64,000 nt of DNA from positions 1 through 64,000 of the IMG/VR virus record IMGVR_UViG_3300025018_000121; one strand, given 5' to 3'. The translations under genes and the position numbers were made by a program. Origin of the DNA: a virus. This document shows, in pieces, positions 9,109 to 19,175 of this stretch. How positions within the stretch are numbered: the stretch's first letter is position 1; every line of letters begins with the position of its first letter. Below the pieces are notes generated by a model, which was not told the origin of the DNA, searched no databases, and worked only from the letters and a program-made list of their open reading frames with translations.

Positions 9109-11271
9109 ATGTCTCTTCTACAGAACGCATCTGCCGGTACTTATTTTGAGGAAGTTAATTTATCTCAAGAAATTAATCCGGTAACAACGGCAGTTGGTGC
9201 AATTGTCGGTGAATTTTTACGTGGCGAACCTAATGTTCCTGTTCTTTTTACTTCAACAAAAAACTTCGTAGACGAAACAGGTTCACCAAGTCCAGAACTA
9301 GTAACGTGGCCTACTACTTATTGCGGCTTTGCTTTTTTACGTAGGTCTTCGCAAATGTACGGGGTACGTGTTCTTAATTCTGATAATTCCCACTCTTACG
9401 CGGGCGCACTCACGCGCACGACTGTGGGTTCTAACTCAGAAACCTATTCTCCCCGTAAAAAATATTCTTCAACTGTGCCTGCAACTCCCGGCCCCTACAC
9501 AGCAACAATTCCTACGATTGCTGCGGAATTACCTTTAACACTCTCTAGTGTTCAAGTAATTACTGAAACCACTGGTGAATTAACTGTTGTTGCTTCGCCT
9601 GCTGTTCCTGCTGCGGGCGAAGTTCAAATTGATATTGCCACTGGTATTTTAACTTTTAATGCAGCACAACAAGCAGAAGACTTTGATGTTTATTACAGAA
9701 CTGCAAACGGCACCGCTAGTCCTACTCCTAGTACTATGGAGTTTTCTCCGTTAGATCAATTTTATTCTTACTCCATAGGCCCCGGTTCTTACGGTACAAA
9801 TATTAGCTATTCAATTAATTCAGATAACGCAATTTCTCCGACGCCTGTTCCTGTAGCATCAACTACAACTGGCGGCACTTTAACTTTACTGGCGACTTAT
9901 CGTGTAGGTATTGCCGCAGTAACTCCTTTAGGCGAAATGGCACCTGAGTTCGCTAATGTTACTTTAGCAGGAACTGAAAATACTATTACAGTAACATTCC
10001 CTAAAGTAGCTAATGCGATTTCTTATAAAGTTTATTTAGGTACGGCTGCACCTTCACCTGTAGTTGATCCTGAATTTATTGCGACTATTGTTCAACCTTC
10101 AGGTAGCGCTGATATTTCTTATATTATTGACGGTTCTTTGACCCCAGACGGCGCTTATCAATTAACCTCCCCGACTACTGATGTATTTACTATTAATATT
10201 TTTGACTCTGAGATTAGTGTAACCAGTCCAGTAGAAAGTTTTGAAGTATCTCTTAATTTTAAAGTTGATGGCTTTAATCAACAGCTTGAAATTGAAACTA
10301 AAATAAATGCGTTCTCAAGAAAATTGAGAGTGGTTAAGAATCAAGACTTTGCTACTGCCGTAGTTTATCCAGTAGCTAGAACGTCTTTGGTAGATGGCAT
10401 TGACGGTACGTCTCCTACTGCAAATGATATTTCTTTAGGTTGGGATTTATTTGCGGATAAAGAAAAAATTACAGTACGTCATTTAATTAACGGTGGTGTT
10501 TCTGTAGTTTCCGTTCAACAAAAAATGAATAGCATTTGTACAAGACGTGGTGACTGTACTGCTTATCTCGACGTTCCCACTATTTATCAAAAAGAACAAG
10601 ATGTTGTCGTTTACAGAAATGAAGTTCTTAATCTTAATACTACTTACTCTGCTCTTTACACACCTGACTTGCAGATTCAAGATGAATTTAACGGAAGACT
10701 TATTTTTGTTCCTCCTAGTGGTCACGCAGCAGGTGTTGGTGCAGCAAGTGGTTTAAGAGCACCTGCCGGTCTTAACCGTGGTATTCTTGATGACGTTCAA
10801 GCTTTGCGTTATGAATATAATCAGGAAGGTAGAGATTTAATTGCAAGTGCTAAAGTTAACTACGTGAGAAACTTCCCCGGTCGTGGTATTGCGATTATGG
10901 AAGCTTTCACACTTGAATCTCAAATGTCCGCGTTGTCTTTCTTGAATGTTAGATACACTCTTAACTTAATTAAACCTACGGTAGAAAACGCGCTTGATTT
11001 CTCCCTGTTTGAACCTAATGATGATATTACGCGCCGACAGATTTCTAATCTGATTTCTGAATTCCTTGATATTGTTAGAGACGAGCGTGCAATTCAAGAT
11101 TACCTTGTTGTAATTGACGAAAGTAATAACCCGCCAATTGTAACAGGTAACGGTCAGCTTAACGTGGATATTTACATTATTCCTACGCTACCAATTCAAA
11201 GAATTCGTGTTCGTCTTATCGTTACAAAACAAGGCGTGTCGCTTGCAGAAGTCGCAGCGTCCGGCGTTTAA
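9109..11271 (+). CDS. tail sheath protein with inserted Ig/FN3-like domains
   Basis: N-terminal AGTYFEEVNLS, VPPSGH, RAPAGLNRG, FLNVR, LFEPND, C-terminal IIPTLPIQRI; T4 gp18-like. Confidence 0.92.
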   Translation: MSLLQNASAGTYFEEVNLSQEINPVTTAVGAIVGEFLRGEPNVPVLFTSTKNFVDETGSPSPELVTWPTTYCGFAFLRRSSQMYGVRVLNSDNSHSYAGALTRTTVGSNSETYSPRKKYSSTVPATPGPYTATIPTIAAELPLTLSSVQVITETTGELTVVASPAVPAAGEVQIDIATGILTFNAAQQAEDFDVYYRTANGTASPTPSTMEFSPLDQFYSYSIGPGSYGTNISYSINSDNAISPTPVPVASTTTGGTLTLLATYRVGIAAVTPLGEMAPEFANVTLAGTENTITVTFPKVANAISYKVYLGTAAPSPVVDPEFIATIVQPSGSADISYIIDGSLTPDGAYQLTSPTTDVFTINIFDSEISVTSPVESFEVSLNFKVDGFNQQLEIETKINAFSRKLRVVKNQDFATAVVYPVARTSLVDGIDGTSPTANDISLGWDLFADKEKITVRHLINGGVSVVSVQQKMNSICTRRGDCTAYLDVPTIYQKEQDVVVYRNEVLNLNTTYSALYTPDLQIQDEFNGRLIFVPPSGHAAGVGAASGLRAPAGLNRGILDDVQALRYEYNQEGRDLIASAKVNYVRNFPGRGIAIMEAFTLESQMSALSFLNVRYTLNLIKPTVENALDFSLFEPNDDITRRQISNLISEFLDIVRDERAIQDYLVVIDESNNPPIVTGNGQLNVDIYIIPTLPIQRIRVRLIVTKQGVSLAEVAASGV

Positions 11272-11286
11272 TAGGAGTAAATTAAT

Positions 11287-11793
11287 ATGGCACGTTCTAG
11301 TTATTCAGATGCAAGGTCTTTACCTGATCCGCTTCTTTCTTATAACTTTGACTTAATTATTGCTAACGTTCCGGGCGGTGGTGACACACGCGCCTTGAAA
11401 ATTAAATGTCAGTCTACGGAAATTCCGGGTACGTCTGTTGAAGACGTATCCGTGTTTCTCCACGGCGTAGAATTAAAGTACGCCGGCCGTCAGACTTGGA
11501 CACACACTTTATCTGCTCAGTATTTAGAAACGCGAGATATGTCTACTCGCTTCGGTATTAAAAACTGGATTGAGTATGCAAGAAATGCTCGACAGAATAC
11601 AGGTAGATACAAATCGCAATACGCAACAATTGCTGATTTACTTTTGTATGATGATGCTGGTCTGGTAATTCGCACTATTCGTATGGAAGGTTTCTTTCCA
11701 CAGTCTTTACAAGAAACTGGTGTTGATGGCTCAAACTCTGCACCTGTAATTATCCCTGTGACCTTTTATTATGATGCGGCCTTTGACCTGTGA
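11287..11793 (+). CDS. tail tube protein (gp19-like)
   Basis: follows the sheath gene; EIPG...KYAGR...W...YLET pattern; C-terminal VTFYYD. Confidence 0.88.
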   Translation: MARSSYSDARSLPDPLLSYNFDLIIANVPGGGDTRALKIKCQSTEIPGTSVEDVSVFLHGVELKYAGRQTWTHTLSAQYLETRDMSTRFGIKNWIEYARNARQNTGRYKSQYATIADLLLYDDAGLVIRTIRMEGFFPQSLQETGVDGSNSAPVIIPVTFYYDAAFDL

Positions 11794-11814
11794 GCCTAAA
11801 CTAAATGAAAAATC

Positions 11815-11823
11815 TGTAAAGTA
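11815..11823 (+). promoter_or_regulatory. TGTAAAGTA class-1 promoter-like motif
   Basis: intergenic, upstream of the endonuclease gene. Confidence 0.6.
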
Positions 11824-11855
11824 AGTGGCCAACACTAACACCGAAAGGTATTCAA

Positions 11856-12896
11856 GTGGCCACTTACTTGCAACAGAAAGACTACGAAAAATATTTAAAA
11901 ACTAAGTCTATTTCACTTATACACTTTGATCGAAAATCCTCTGTTCATCGTTGTAATAAATGTAGTAAAGAATGGAAAGCAAGACCTTCCAACGTAATGC
12001 GTAACCAGTCTGGTTGTAAACAATGTATGCTTCGTAAACGAAGAAAAGACGCGAGCGTACACTCCTTTAAAACATATAAACAAACCTGCAAAGAAAAGAG
12101 ATTAAAAATAATTGGTACCTACGTAAATAAACTAACTAAGATAGACCATCGGTGTTTAAATTGTAAACATATATTTTCAGTAAAACCTAACGACATAGAC
12201 AACGCACCCAAAGGAAGAAACCGTTGTCCTAAGTGTTACTCAGATAGTCCCCCTAATAATCAACTTTCTATTAAAGAAATAAAGAAAAGAGTAAAAGAAA
12301 AAGGCAAGCTGAAACTTATAAGACTCTCAGACACTATTAAAGGTGTTCGCAGAGCCAAATTTCAATGCTTAAAATGTACAACTGTATTTAGTGCAAGACT
12401 CCATGACGTTATTCATAGAGGCTCAGGTTGCCCGGCTTGTAAATTGCAAAGTATTTTACTAAATAAAAACCTATATAAAAAGAAAATCTTTGCATTAGGA
12501 AAAAGAGAAGTAGTAGTTCTTGGGTACGAGCATTATGCTTTAAGTTACCTTCTGTCCAAAGGCGTTAGAAAAACTAGCATACAGGCAGGCTTACACAATA
12601 TTAAAATTCCAGTTATAAAATACAAACACAGAGCTAAACTTAGAAGATACTACCCAGATATTTATGTTAAGTGTACAAATACTTTAATTGAAGTAAAAAG
12701 TACGTATACATTGGGTCTTAAAGACAGGTATGTTTACGAAAGACTAAGGAATAAAGCTAAAGCGGTATTAGAACAAGGTTATAGATTTAAATTATTGGTA
12801 TTTACACAGAAAGGTGAGAAAATGAAAACTCCGAAGGACTGGCACTTGCTGTCCTACAAAAAATTCGTAACCGCCTTTACAAAATTAAACAGATAA
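11856..12896 (+). mobile_element. free-standing homing-type endonuclease: repeated CxxC zinc-ribbon units plus C-terminal PD-(D/E)xK nuclease
   Basis: three units with paired CxxC; YYPDIYV...LIEVKS; very basic; inserted between two tube-like genes. Confidence 0.75.
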
Positions 12897-12903
12897 TGAA
12901 ACT

Positions 12904-12931
12904 GCCGACTAGCTTTGTTAGTCGGCTTTTT
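12904..12931 (+). terminator. rho-independent terminator
   Basis: GCCGACTAG-CTTTG-TTAGTCGGC-TTTTT. Confidence 0.8.
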
Positions 12932-12950
12932 CCACATGTAGAGGTAAATT

Positions 12951-13979
12951 ATGTCAGCTAAAATTCCCGGCGTCGTTAGCGGCGCAGTACAACCCTTTGC
13001 TGGAATTATCAGTGCGTCTCCGGGAATTTTGGGGACTTCACAAAATACTCAGGACGTAAAAGACCGTTTTGGTTCTGCTGCGGACAATGCGATTGAACAA
13101 GCAAAAGGAAATGTTAAAACCGAAGGTATTGATTTAGGAATAAAAGTTTTACAGAAAGTCACTGTTCCAAAGTTAGGAAACTTAGGCGACTTAGCAAATC
13201 AATACTTGGGTAGAAACGGTTCTAAATTATCAAAAACAAAAGCAGATAAGTACGCACCTGATCCTAACGGTTGGTACGCACAGGCAAAAAAGAGAGTAGA
13301 CCCCTTACTGTCAATAGACTTTAGCATTGATATGCCTCAAGTATCGAATTTAAAACTCCCAGAATCTTATATTGAAGATATTGTTTTGCCTATTCCTAAC
13401 GTAGAAGACTATGGAGTTTTTCTTTACGGTAAGCGCGACTATTTTGCGGCTATTCAAGATATATCTAGTTTTAATATTTCATGTTACGAAGATCATGTAC
13501 TAACAGTTCTGTCTTACTATAACACTTGGAGACAGAGAATACGAAATCCTGACGGTACATTTAAAGCTCCTTCTTTTTATCAGAGAAATATAACTGTGTA
13601 TTTGACTGGCCCTTCGGGAAACGAAAACGGATTCTTTGACTTGTTCGGGCAATTAACTTTAGTAAACTGTTTCCCTACAAACATTACAGGTTACGATTTT
13701 GGCTCACAGAACGCTGAACGTATACGACCTGTTATTGAATTTCGTTGTTCTGACTCTATTTTTGTTCCTTTTTCTGAAAATAACGGAGCAACAGTAGGAA
13801 ATCCACGTTACGGTTTTCAGGCATTAACCCAAGATAGTTCTGAGAGCGGACAAGTGACGGAAAACAAAAAAATGTCACCGGGAGAGTTTATAAAAGACTC
13901 TTTCACAGCGATAAAAAGTTTAGGAAAAAACATAGTCAAAGATGAAATTTCTAACATACCAAATAAGATAAAATTCTAA
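12951..13979 (+). CDS. tail tube initiator/baseplate-tube junction protein (gp54/gp48-like)
   Basis: tube-like central domain (CYED...WRQRI...LVNCFPTNI). Confidence 0.65.
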   Translation: MSAKIPGVVSGAVQPFAGIISASPGILGTSQNTQDVKDRFGSAADNAIEQAKGNVKTEGIDLGIKVLQKVTVPKLGNLGDLANQYLGRNGSKLSKTKADKYAPDPNGWYAQAKKRVDPLLSIDFSIDMPQVSNLKLPESYIEDIVLPIPNVEDYGVFLYGKRDYFAAIQDISSFNISCYEDHVLTVLSYYNTWRQRIRNPDGTFKAPSFYQRNITVYLTGPSGNENGFFDLFGQLTLVNCFPTNITGYDFGSQNAERIRPVIEFRCSDSIFVPFSENNGATVGNPRYGFQALTQDSSESGQVTENKKMSPGEFIKDSFTAIKSLGKNIVKDEISNIPNKIKF

Positions 13980-13987
13980 TTAGTATC

Positions 13988-13996
13988 TGTAAAGTA
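13988..13996 (+). promoter_or_regulatory. TGTAAAGTA class-1 promoter-like motif
   Basis: intergenic, upstream of the chaperone gene. Confidence 0.6.
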
Positions 13997-14023
13997 AGAC
14001 ACACAAACCCCAGTGAGGTAGTT

Positions 14024-14983
14024 ATGAAAACCGAGACTCCGGCTACATACGCAGACTCTGCGACCCCAACAACTGATCCAAATACTTCTAGTGTCGTTGT
14101 AGGAAATTCAGAAACAGATGTGGAGCAAGCCTACGCCGAAAAAAATCCTAAATACTTTAATCTAACTGATGACATTACAAGTAGGTTTGCGTTTTACGGT
14201 TATCAAACCCTTTCTATAAAACCTTTTGATGTAGAGTGCCTAAAAAAGATTTATCGTTCTATGAGACTAGATAGCAGCAAAGGTATTGTAGAGGCTATTA
14301 GTTCATGTGTTGATCCTGACAAGTCTGCTTTCGATTTAACTGTCCCAGATTTCTGGAGCTTAATGATTTGGCAGCGAATTAACTCTTACAGAAAAACGGA
14401 TTTTGTTGTTACTCACCACTGTTCAAATCCAGAGCACCAAAAGAAAGTTAATGCGACTGAAAACTTAGAAGATGATGATGAACACAAAGTTGCTTATGAC
14501 ACTCTTTACAATTCAACTCCAATTAAAGGATTTAAACAACTTAAAGTTAAGTTCATTGACGAAGAAATTGCAACTAATCTTTCAAATCTAGTAAAAGACG
14601 TTAGTGAAAAATACGGTATTTATTTATACCCCCCTACAATGGCAGACACTATTGAAATTGAAAGTTTGGAAGAGTACTTAAAGTCTAAAATTAATCCTGA
14701 TACCCCTGAGCCTGTTATCGAGAGAATTAAAAATGAACTTGCAGAATTAGAGTTCACTGCAAAATACGCTACACACATTAGTAGAAGACACGGAACACTG
14801 AAAGAGAGAATTGAATTATTAGAAAAACAAGACCCTGACTTTATTGAATACATCGACGAATTTATGGCAATGCTTGACTACGGAATTAAAGATACTGTGC
14901 AAGTTAAATGTGCTTACTGCAACCACGGGGAGGAAATCGACTTGACGTTCGATTTACTTACCTTTTTTCCCGGAAATAAGTGA
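14024..14983 (+). CDS. baseplate hub/tail assembly chaperone (gp26/gp51-like)
   Basis: DLTVPDF...RINSY, C-terminal CxxC, ends ...LTFFP; precedes the tape measure gene. Confidence 0.7.
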   Translation: MKTETPATYADSATPTTDPNTSSVVVGNSETDVEQAYAEKNPKYFNLTDDITSRFAFYGYQTLSIKPFDVECLKKIYRSMRLDSSKGIVEAISSCVDPDKSAFDLTVPDFWSLMIWQRINSYRKTDFVVTHHCSNPEHQKKVNATENLEDDDEHKVAYDTLYNSTPIKGFKQLKVKFIDEEIATNLSNLVKDVSEKYGIYLYPPTMADTIEIESLEEYLKSKINPDTPEPVIERIKNELAELEFTAKYATHISRRHGTLKERIELLEKQDPDFIEYIDEFMAMLDYGIKDTVQVKCAYCNHGEEIDLTFDLLTFFPGNK

Positions 14984-15143
14984 GAACGATATTTATACTA
15001 GAGAGTATAATTATCACACTTGGGCGCATGTAGATTTTCCAGAAAACAGTGACGCACTTCGTTTCATTCAGTTGACAGACATGTTAAACAAAGATATTCA
15101 AGAATTGGAATTAAAAAGAAAGAACAAACAGAACTCGAAGTAG
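14964..15143 (+). CDS. frameshift-accessed C-terminal extension of the chaperone (+1 frame, 59 codons)
   Basis: +1 frame open from TTTTTTCCC to TAG 15141-15143; no early start codon; -1 frame closed at 14977. Confidence 0.6.
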   Translation, partial: FFPEISENDIYTREYNYHTWAHVDFPENSDALRFIQLTDMLNKDIQELELKRKNKQNSK

Positions 15144-15154
15144 CCGAGGTTTTT

Positions 15155-16810
15155 ATGAGAAATACTTTTGGTAAATTTGGATTTACCCCGAAAGACTCTT
15201 TTGGTATAGACAGGTCAGACGAAACTAAATTAAAAGCTCTCGGTTTAGAAAGTGATACTAAAACCCTTAAAGTTTTGCAGGACACATTAAAAGAGCAGAA
15301 AAGACTAGCGGAAGCTGTTGCAAAAGAGAGACGAAAATCAATCGAAGAGAAAGGACTGAAAGGTGGCGCTGCTTTAGTGGTAGAGCAGTCAGCCACCAAG
15401 TACGAAAACATTTCCAAAAAAATTGATGCGTTTTTGAGTGCGCGTATTGTAGATAACAAAACTGCAAACGAAGCAGTAAAAGACTTAGGCAGAACATTAT
15501 CTATCCTTCAAGAACTGGACAGAAAGAATAACGAAGACCTATTCAAGAAAGTAATACAAGCCAATGTAATTGATATTAAACGAATAACCAGATCAGTAGA
15601 AGACTTAAAAGAAGTTGTCTCAAAGGATGTTGTAGTAGAAAAGAAAAAGTCAGAAAGAGAGAAAAGAGAGAAAGAAAAGGAGATTGGTAAGAGCGCACGT
15701 TATGACAAAGAGAGATCATCTGCAACAGCAGGTTCTGTAGCCCGTATTGGTCTTTCCAAAGTAATAGGTACGCCTCTAACTATCCTGTTAGATAAACTAA
15801 TTGACTTTGATAAAGTTGCTGGAAGTTTTACTTCTTTCTTAAATCCTAAAAAAGCCCTTCCGAAAATGTTTGAGGGCCTAAAAAAGGGTGCAGGTTATTT
15901 GCACCAAAAAGCACAGGGCGCTTACGTAAGAGCTATGTATACAAAAGGCCCGGATACTCAAAGTAGCCCTAATTCGTTTATGCAACGTGCTGGTGATTCT
16001 ATCGCAGCTTCACCTATGGCAATGGGTTTAATGGGTATAAGCAAAAACTTTTCAGACAAGATAGAGGAAGTAAAAGACACTTTATTAAATATTCAAAAAC
16101 GAAATGAATTTTTAGACAAAGTAAGAGATAAATTAAATTCTGCGAAAGGCTTTATGGGCAATGGTTTATCCAAGCTAGGTGGCCTTGCTGGTAGAGGGAT
16201 AAAAGCAGGCGCTTCTTTATTAGGAAAAGCCGCACCCTTGGCTATGGTAGGTGCCGCAGGTTTCGCAGGCTGGCAAGTTGGCACAAAGATTTATGACAAA
16301 TTTAATTTAGAAATTGCTGACTTCATGGACGGTACTGTAGCAAAAGTTGAAGCTTTTGTTTCAGGCGTTAAAAACTTTTTTACCAAAACAAAAAACTTTT
16401 TTACAGGACTAGGCGATACAGCCAAGTCTGTAATAGAAGATATTAAAAATTCCCCCTTAGCTAAGTTTTTCTCTAAATACTTTAATTTCGATGACAGTGC
16501 TAGTTCAATGCCGCAGTACACTTCAAACACTTTAGCTTTTGACGCATCAGGAAAGACTAGAAGTGCTTCTGATATGACAGGGTTTGTCGGAAATGCTTTT
16601 GCAAAGGCGTCAGGTTCCACAACAGTAAATAAAGCAGACTTGCCTTTAGTTTATCAGCAGGCACAAACAGCGATTAATACTGAAGGAAAACAAAACAACC
16701 AACCGCAGCCTGTTAGTGTTTCCAGAAGCCCGTCTATGGACGAAATACCAATGTTCGTTCCTGAAACTGGATTACTGGTCGCAACTATTCCATCTGCTTT
16801 TGGTCAGTGA
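15155..16810 (+). CDS. tape measure protein (gp29-like size)
   Basis: helical, G/A-rich hydrophobic segment; position after the chaperone. Confidence 0.7.
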   Translation: MRNTFGKFGFTPKDSFGIDRSDETKLKALGLESDTKTLKVLQDTLKEQKRLAEAVAKERRKSIEEKGLKGGAALVVEQSATKYENISKKIDAFLSARIVDNKTANEAVKDLGRTLSILQELDRKNNEDLFKKVIQANVIDIKRITRSVEDLKEVVSKDVVVEKKKSEREKREKEKEIGKSARYDKERSSATAGSVARIGLSKVIGTPLTILLDKLIDFDKVAGSFTSFLNPKKALPKMFEGLKKGAGYLHQKAQGAYVRAMYTKGPDTQSSPNSFMQRAGDSIAASPMAMGLMGISKNFSDKIEEVKDTLLNIQKRNEFLDKVRDKLNSAKGFMGNGLSKLGGLAGRGIKAGASLLGKAAPLAMVGAAGFAGWQVGTKIYDKFNLEIADFMDGTVAKVEAFVSGVKNFFTKTKNFFTGLGDTAKSVIEDIKNSPLAKFFSKYFNFDDSASSMPQYTSNTLAFDASGKTRSASDMTGFVGNAFAKASGSTTVNKADLPLVYQQAQTAINTEGKQNNQPQPVSVSRSPSMDEIPMFVPETGLLVATIPSAFGQ

Positions 16811-16817
16811 GGTTTTT

Positions 16818-17624
16818 ATGGCGGACGTAAGAAATATTTTAAAAAATCCACCTATACCAAATGCTAAACCTAGTTCCAGTTCTTCAACCAACTCTCCTTC
16901 TGTTAATGTTGCGCCTTACACAGTAACTGTTGTCTCACAATTAAACGAAAAAGCTATTGTAGTTAACGCACCACTACCAGAAGATTTTTCTTTTAGTATA
17001 AATTCAAATTATTCTGCACCTTTTGAAGATAGTGGTCTTGTTTCAGGTTCAAAACTCCAAGGGGCTGCATCTTTTGCAGGTTTCACTGGTTTAATTCAAG
17101 CAATGTCCGCACAATTATGGACTAGCAGTACAGGAGTTGAAATTACATTACCTTTTAACTTTGTTTCTAGAAACAATCCTTTAACCGAAGTAAGAACTCC
17201 TATACTAAATCTTTTAAAATTATGTTCGCCGCGTGCAGAAACTTCTTTTAGTTTGTTAACACCCCCCGGCCCTACTTTAGATAAGACTAAGATACTTGAT
17301 GTTGCTCAAGCTTTCTTAGGGCTAACTCTTACAGAAGCAGGTTCAGTTATTGGACTTGTTAGTGACAGTGAGCGAGAGTCTAAGCTCGCTGGAATTCAAG
17401 CAACTTTTGAATCTGCTATAAAAAACCCAATATCCTTAGCCATAGGAAGATTTATTTATTTTTCCAATGTTGTTATTACAGGTGTTGATATACAATTTAC
17501 TTCTGTTCTTTCAGAAAATCAATTTTTGAACTTCCCTTGGAAAGTTTCTGCTAACGTTTCTTTCAGAACTTTTGTTACGCCAACGTATAGAGACTTGGAG
17601 CGTATATTTAGGGTAGGTACTTAA
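16818..17624 (+). CDS. baseplate/tail tube-associated protein (ATG start at 16818)
   Basis: GAGG RBS before ATG 16818; position. Confidence 0.55.
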   Translation: MADVRNILKNPPIPNAKPSSSSSTNSPSVNVAPYTVTVVSQLNEKAIVVNAPLPEDFSFSINSNYSAPFEDSGLVSGSKLQGAASFAGFTGLIQAMSAQLWTSSTGVEITLPFNFVSRNNPLTEVRTPILNLLKLCSPRAETSFSLLTPPGPTLDKTKILDVAQAFLGLTLTEAGSVIGLVSDSERESKLAGIQATFESAIKNPISLAIGRFIYFSNVVITGVDIQFTSVLSENQFLNFPWKVSANVSFRTFVTPTYRDLERIFRVGT

Positions 17625-17625
17625 C

Positions 17626-18006
17626 ATGGCAATTTTCTCACAGTTTCCGAGAAAAAATTACATACCAGTAAAGACAATTAAATTAAGTGACTATACTTTT
17701 GATAATATACAAGTACTAGATTTATTGAGTGCAGAGTACAACGAGATATTTGAAGGAACTTCGCTCAACTACTCTGAATTTCTTGTATCGCAGTCCTTTG
17801 AAGGACGGCCTGACTTGATTGCAAATAAATTCTACGGTTCTACAGATTTGTGGTGGTTAATCTGTATTTACAACAATGTAATTAATCCATTGTTCGACAT
17901 TCCTGTAGGTAAGCGTATGCGTATTCCTAGAAGAGACGAACTTGAATTCTTATTACAATCGAACAAACAAAGAATAGAAAATCCAAGAGTGGTAGATATT
18001 CCGTGA
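17626..18006 (+). CDS. baseplate wedge LysM-like protein (gp53/gpX-like)
   Basis: GRPDLIANKFYGSTDLWWLI...N...P...G..MRIP. Confidence 0.85.
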   Translation: MAIFSQFPRKNYIPVKTIKLSDYTFDNIQVLDLLSAEYNEIFEGTSLNYSEFLVSQSFEGRPDLIANKFYGSTDLWWLICIYNNVINPLFDIPVGKRMRIPRRDELEFLLQSNKQRIENPRVVDIP

Positions 18007-18013
18007 GGCACTT

Positions 18014-19174
18014 ATGATTAATTTTTCAGATAGACTATTCTTAGGGCTTGTCTTAGATGGAAAAGAATTTCCTTTAGAGACAACCTCATTTAAAAGCCTT
18101 CAAATGAGTAGCAACAAAGACTTTACTGTACCACAAGCCCAATTAATTATAGCAGATCAGTTTGGTTATCTCTCACAAAACCCCCTCGCAGATAGACAGA
18201 CCGCCACTATAATTTTAGGTGCAGACAAGAAAAGCTTAAAAGAATATACCTTCAGAGTTTTTAACTTCAAAAAAGAAGTATCAGGTAACGTTACTTATTT
18301 TAATATAACTTTAATTTTTAATTGTCCGAGGTGGACAACAGAAAATAAAACGAGGGCTATAGCAGGCGCAACTTCCACAGACGCCATGCGACAACTAGCC
18401 ACAGAGAGTCTTTTAAATTTCAACGGCGACTCTACTACAGACAGACAGACTTGGTATCCGGGCGGTGATAAACGTGCAATGTTTGCAGAAAGAATTGCAC
18501 GTCATGGATATGCGAACCAAACTTCTTGTATGAAAGTCGGGTTAACTTTAGAAGGTGAACTTAGATATAAAAATATTTCAGACATTGACTACAAAACCGC
18601 ATTTGAATTTGTTACTGGCATAGGCGATTCTAAATCAAAGTTCTCCATTGTAGATAAAAAAGAATTTACTACAGCCGGTCAGAATAATGATATTGGAGGG
18701 GGTTACAAAAAAACCACTGTAGAACAAAACCCTTTAAAAACTAGCGCAGCCAACTCTGCTTTACACTCAAAGATTTCTGTAACAACAACTAGCCAAGCCC
18801 TTTTGCTAAATAGAAATGTAACAGATAGAATTGAAGGCTCTGTAGTTAACTTTGGTGCTATACAAACAGGAAATAATCACAGCAATTACACAAAAGCATT
18901 GCACCAAAACAAAAGAATTGATGCGATGTACTCTAGTGGTTTATACACCGTTATTCAGGATCAAACCGCTATTGATTTATTTGATCCTGTTAACGTAACA
19001 GTATTTGACCTAATTTCAGGTAAGCCTGACATTAACGATCAAGCTACTGGCTCTTATTTTGTTTCCGGTAAAACAATTTTTGTTTCGCAAACCGGACAGT
19101 ACAACGAAAAATATTCTATGCTGAGAGCAGGAACTAACGGGACTAATATACCAGCGTCACAACAGGGTACTTAA
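18014..19174 (+). CDS. baseplate hub protein (gp27/gpD-like)
   Basis: size, position, C-terminal TGSYFVSGK. Confidence 0.65.
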   Translation: MINFSDRLFLGLVLDGKEFPLETTSFKSLQMSSNKDFTVPQAQLIIADQFGYLSQNPLADRQTATIILGADKKSLKEYTFRVFNFKKEVSGNVTYFNITLIFNCPRWTTENKTRAIAGATSTDAMRQLATESLLNFNGDSTTDRQTWYPGGDKRAMFAERIARHGYANQTSCMKVGLTLEGELRYKNISDIDYKTAFEFVTGIGDSKSKFSIVDKKEFTTAGQNNDIGGGYKKTTVEQNPLKTSAANSALHSKISVTTTSQALLLNRNVTDRIEGSVVNFGAIQTGNNHSNYTKALHQNKRIDAMYSSGLYTVIQDQTAIDLFDPVNVTVFDLISGKPDINDQATGSYFVSGKTIFVSQTGQYNEKYSMLRAGTNGTNIPASQQGT

Positions 19175-19175
19175 T

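Noticed and set aside
11794-12950. Group I intron around the endonuclease
   Set aside because: Flanking genes are complete and the non-coding flanks (about 55-60 bp) are too short for a ribozyme core
16716-16817. GTG-start extension overlapping the tape measure gene
   Set aside because: The GAGG RBS supports ATG 16818
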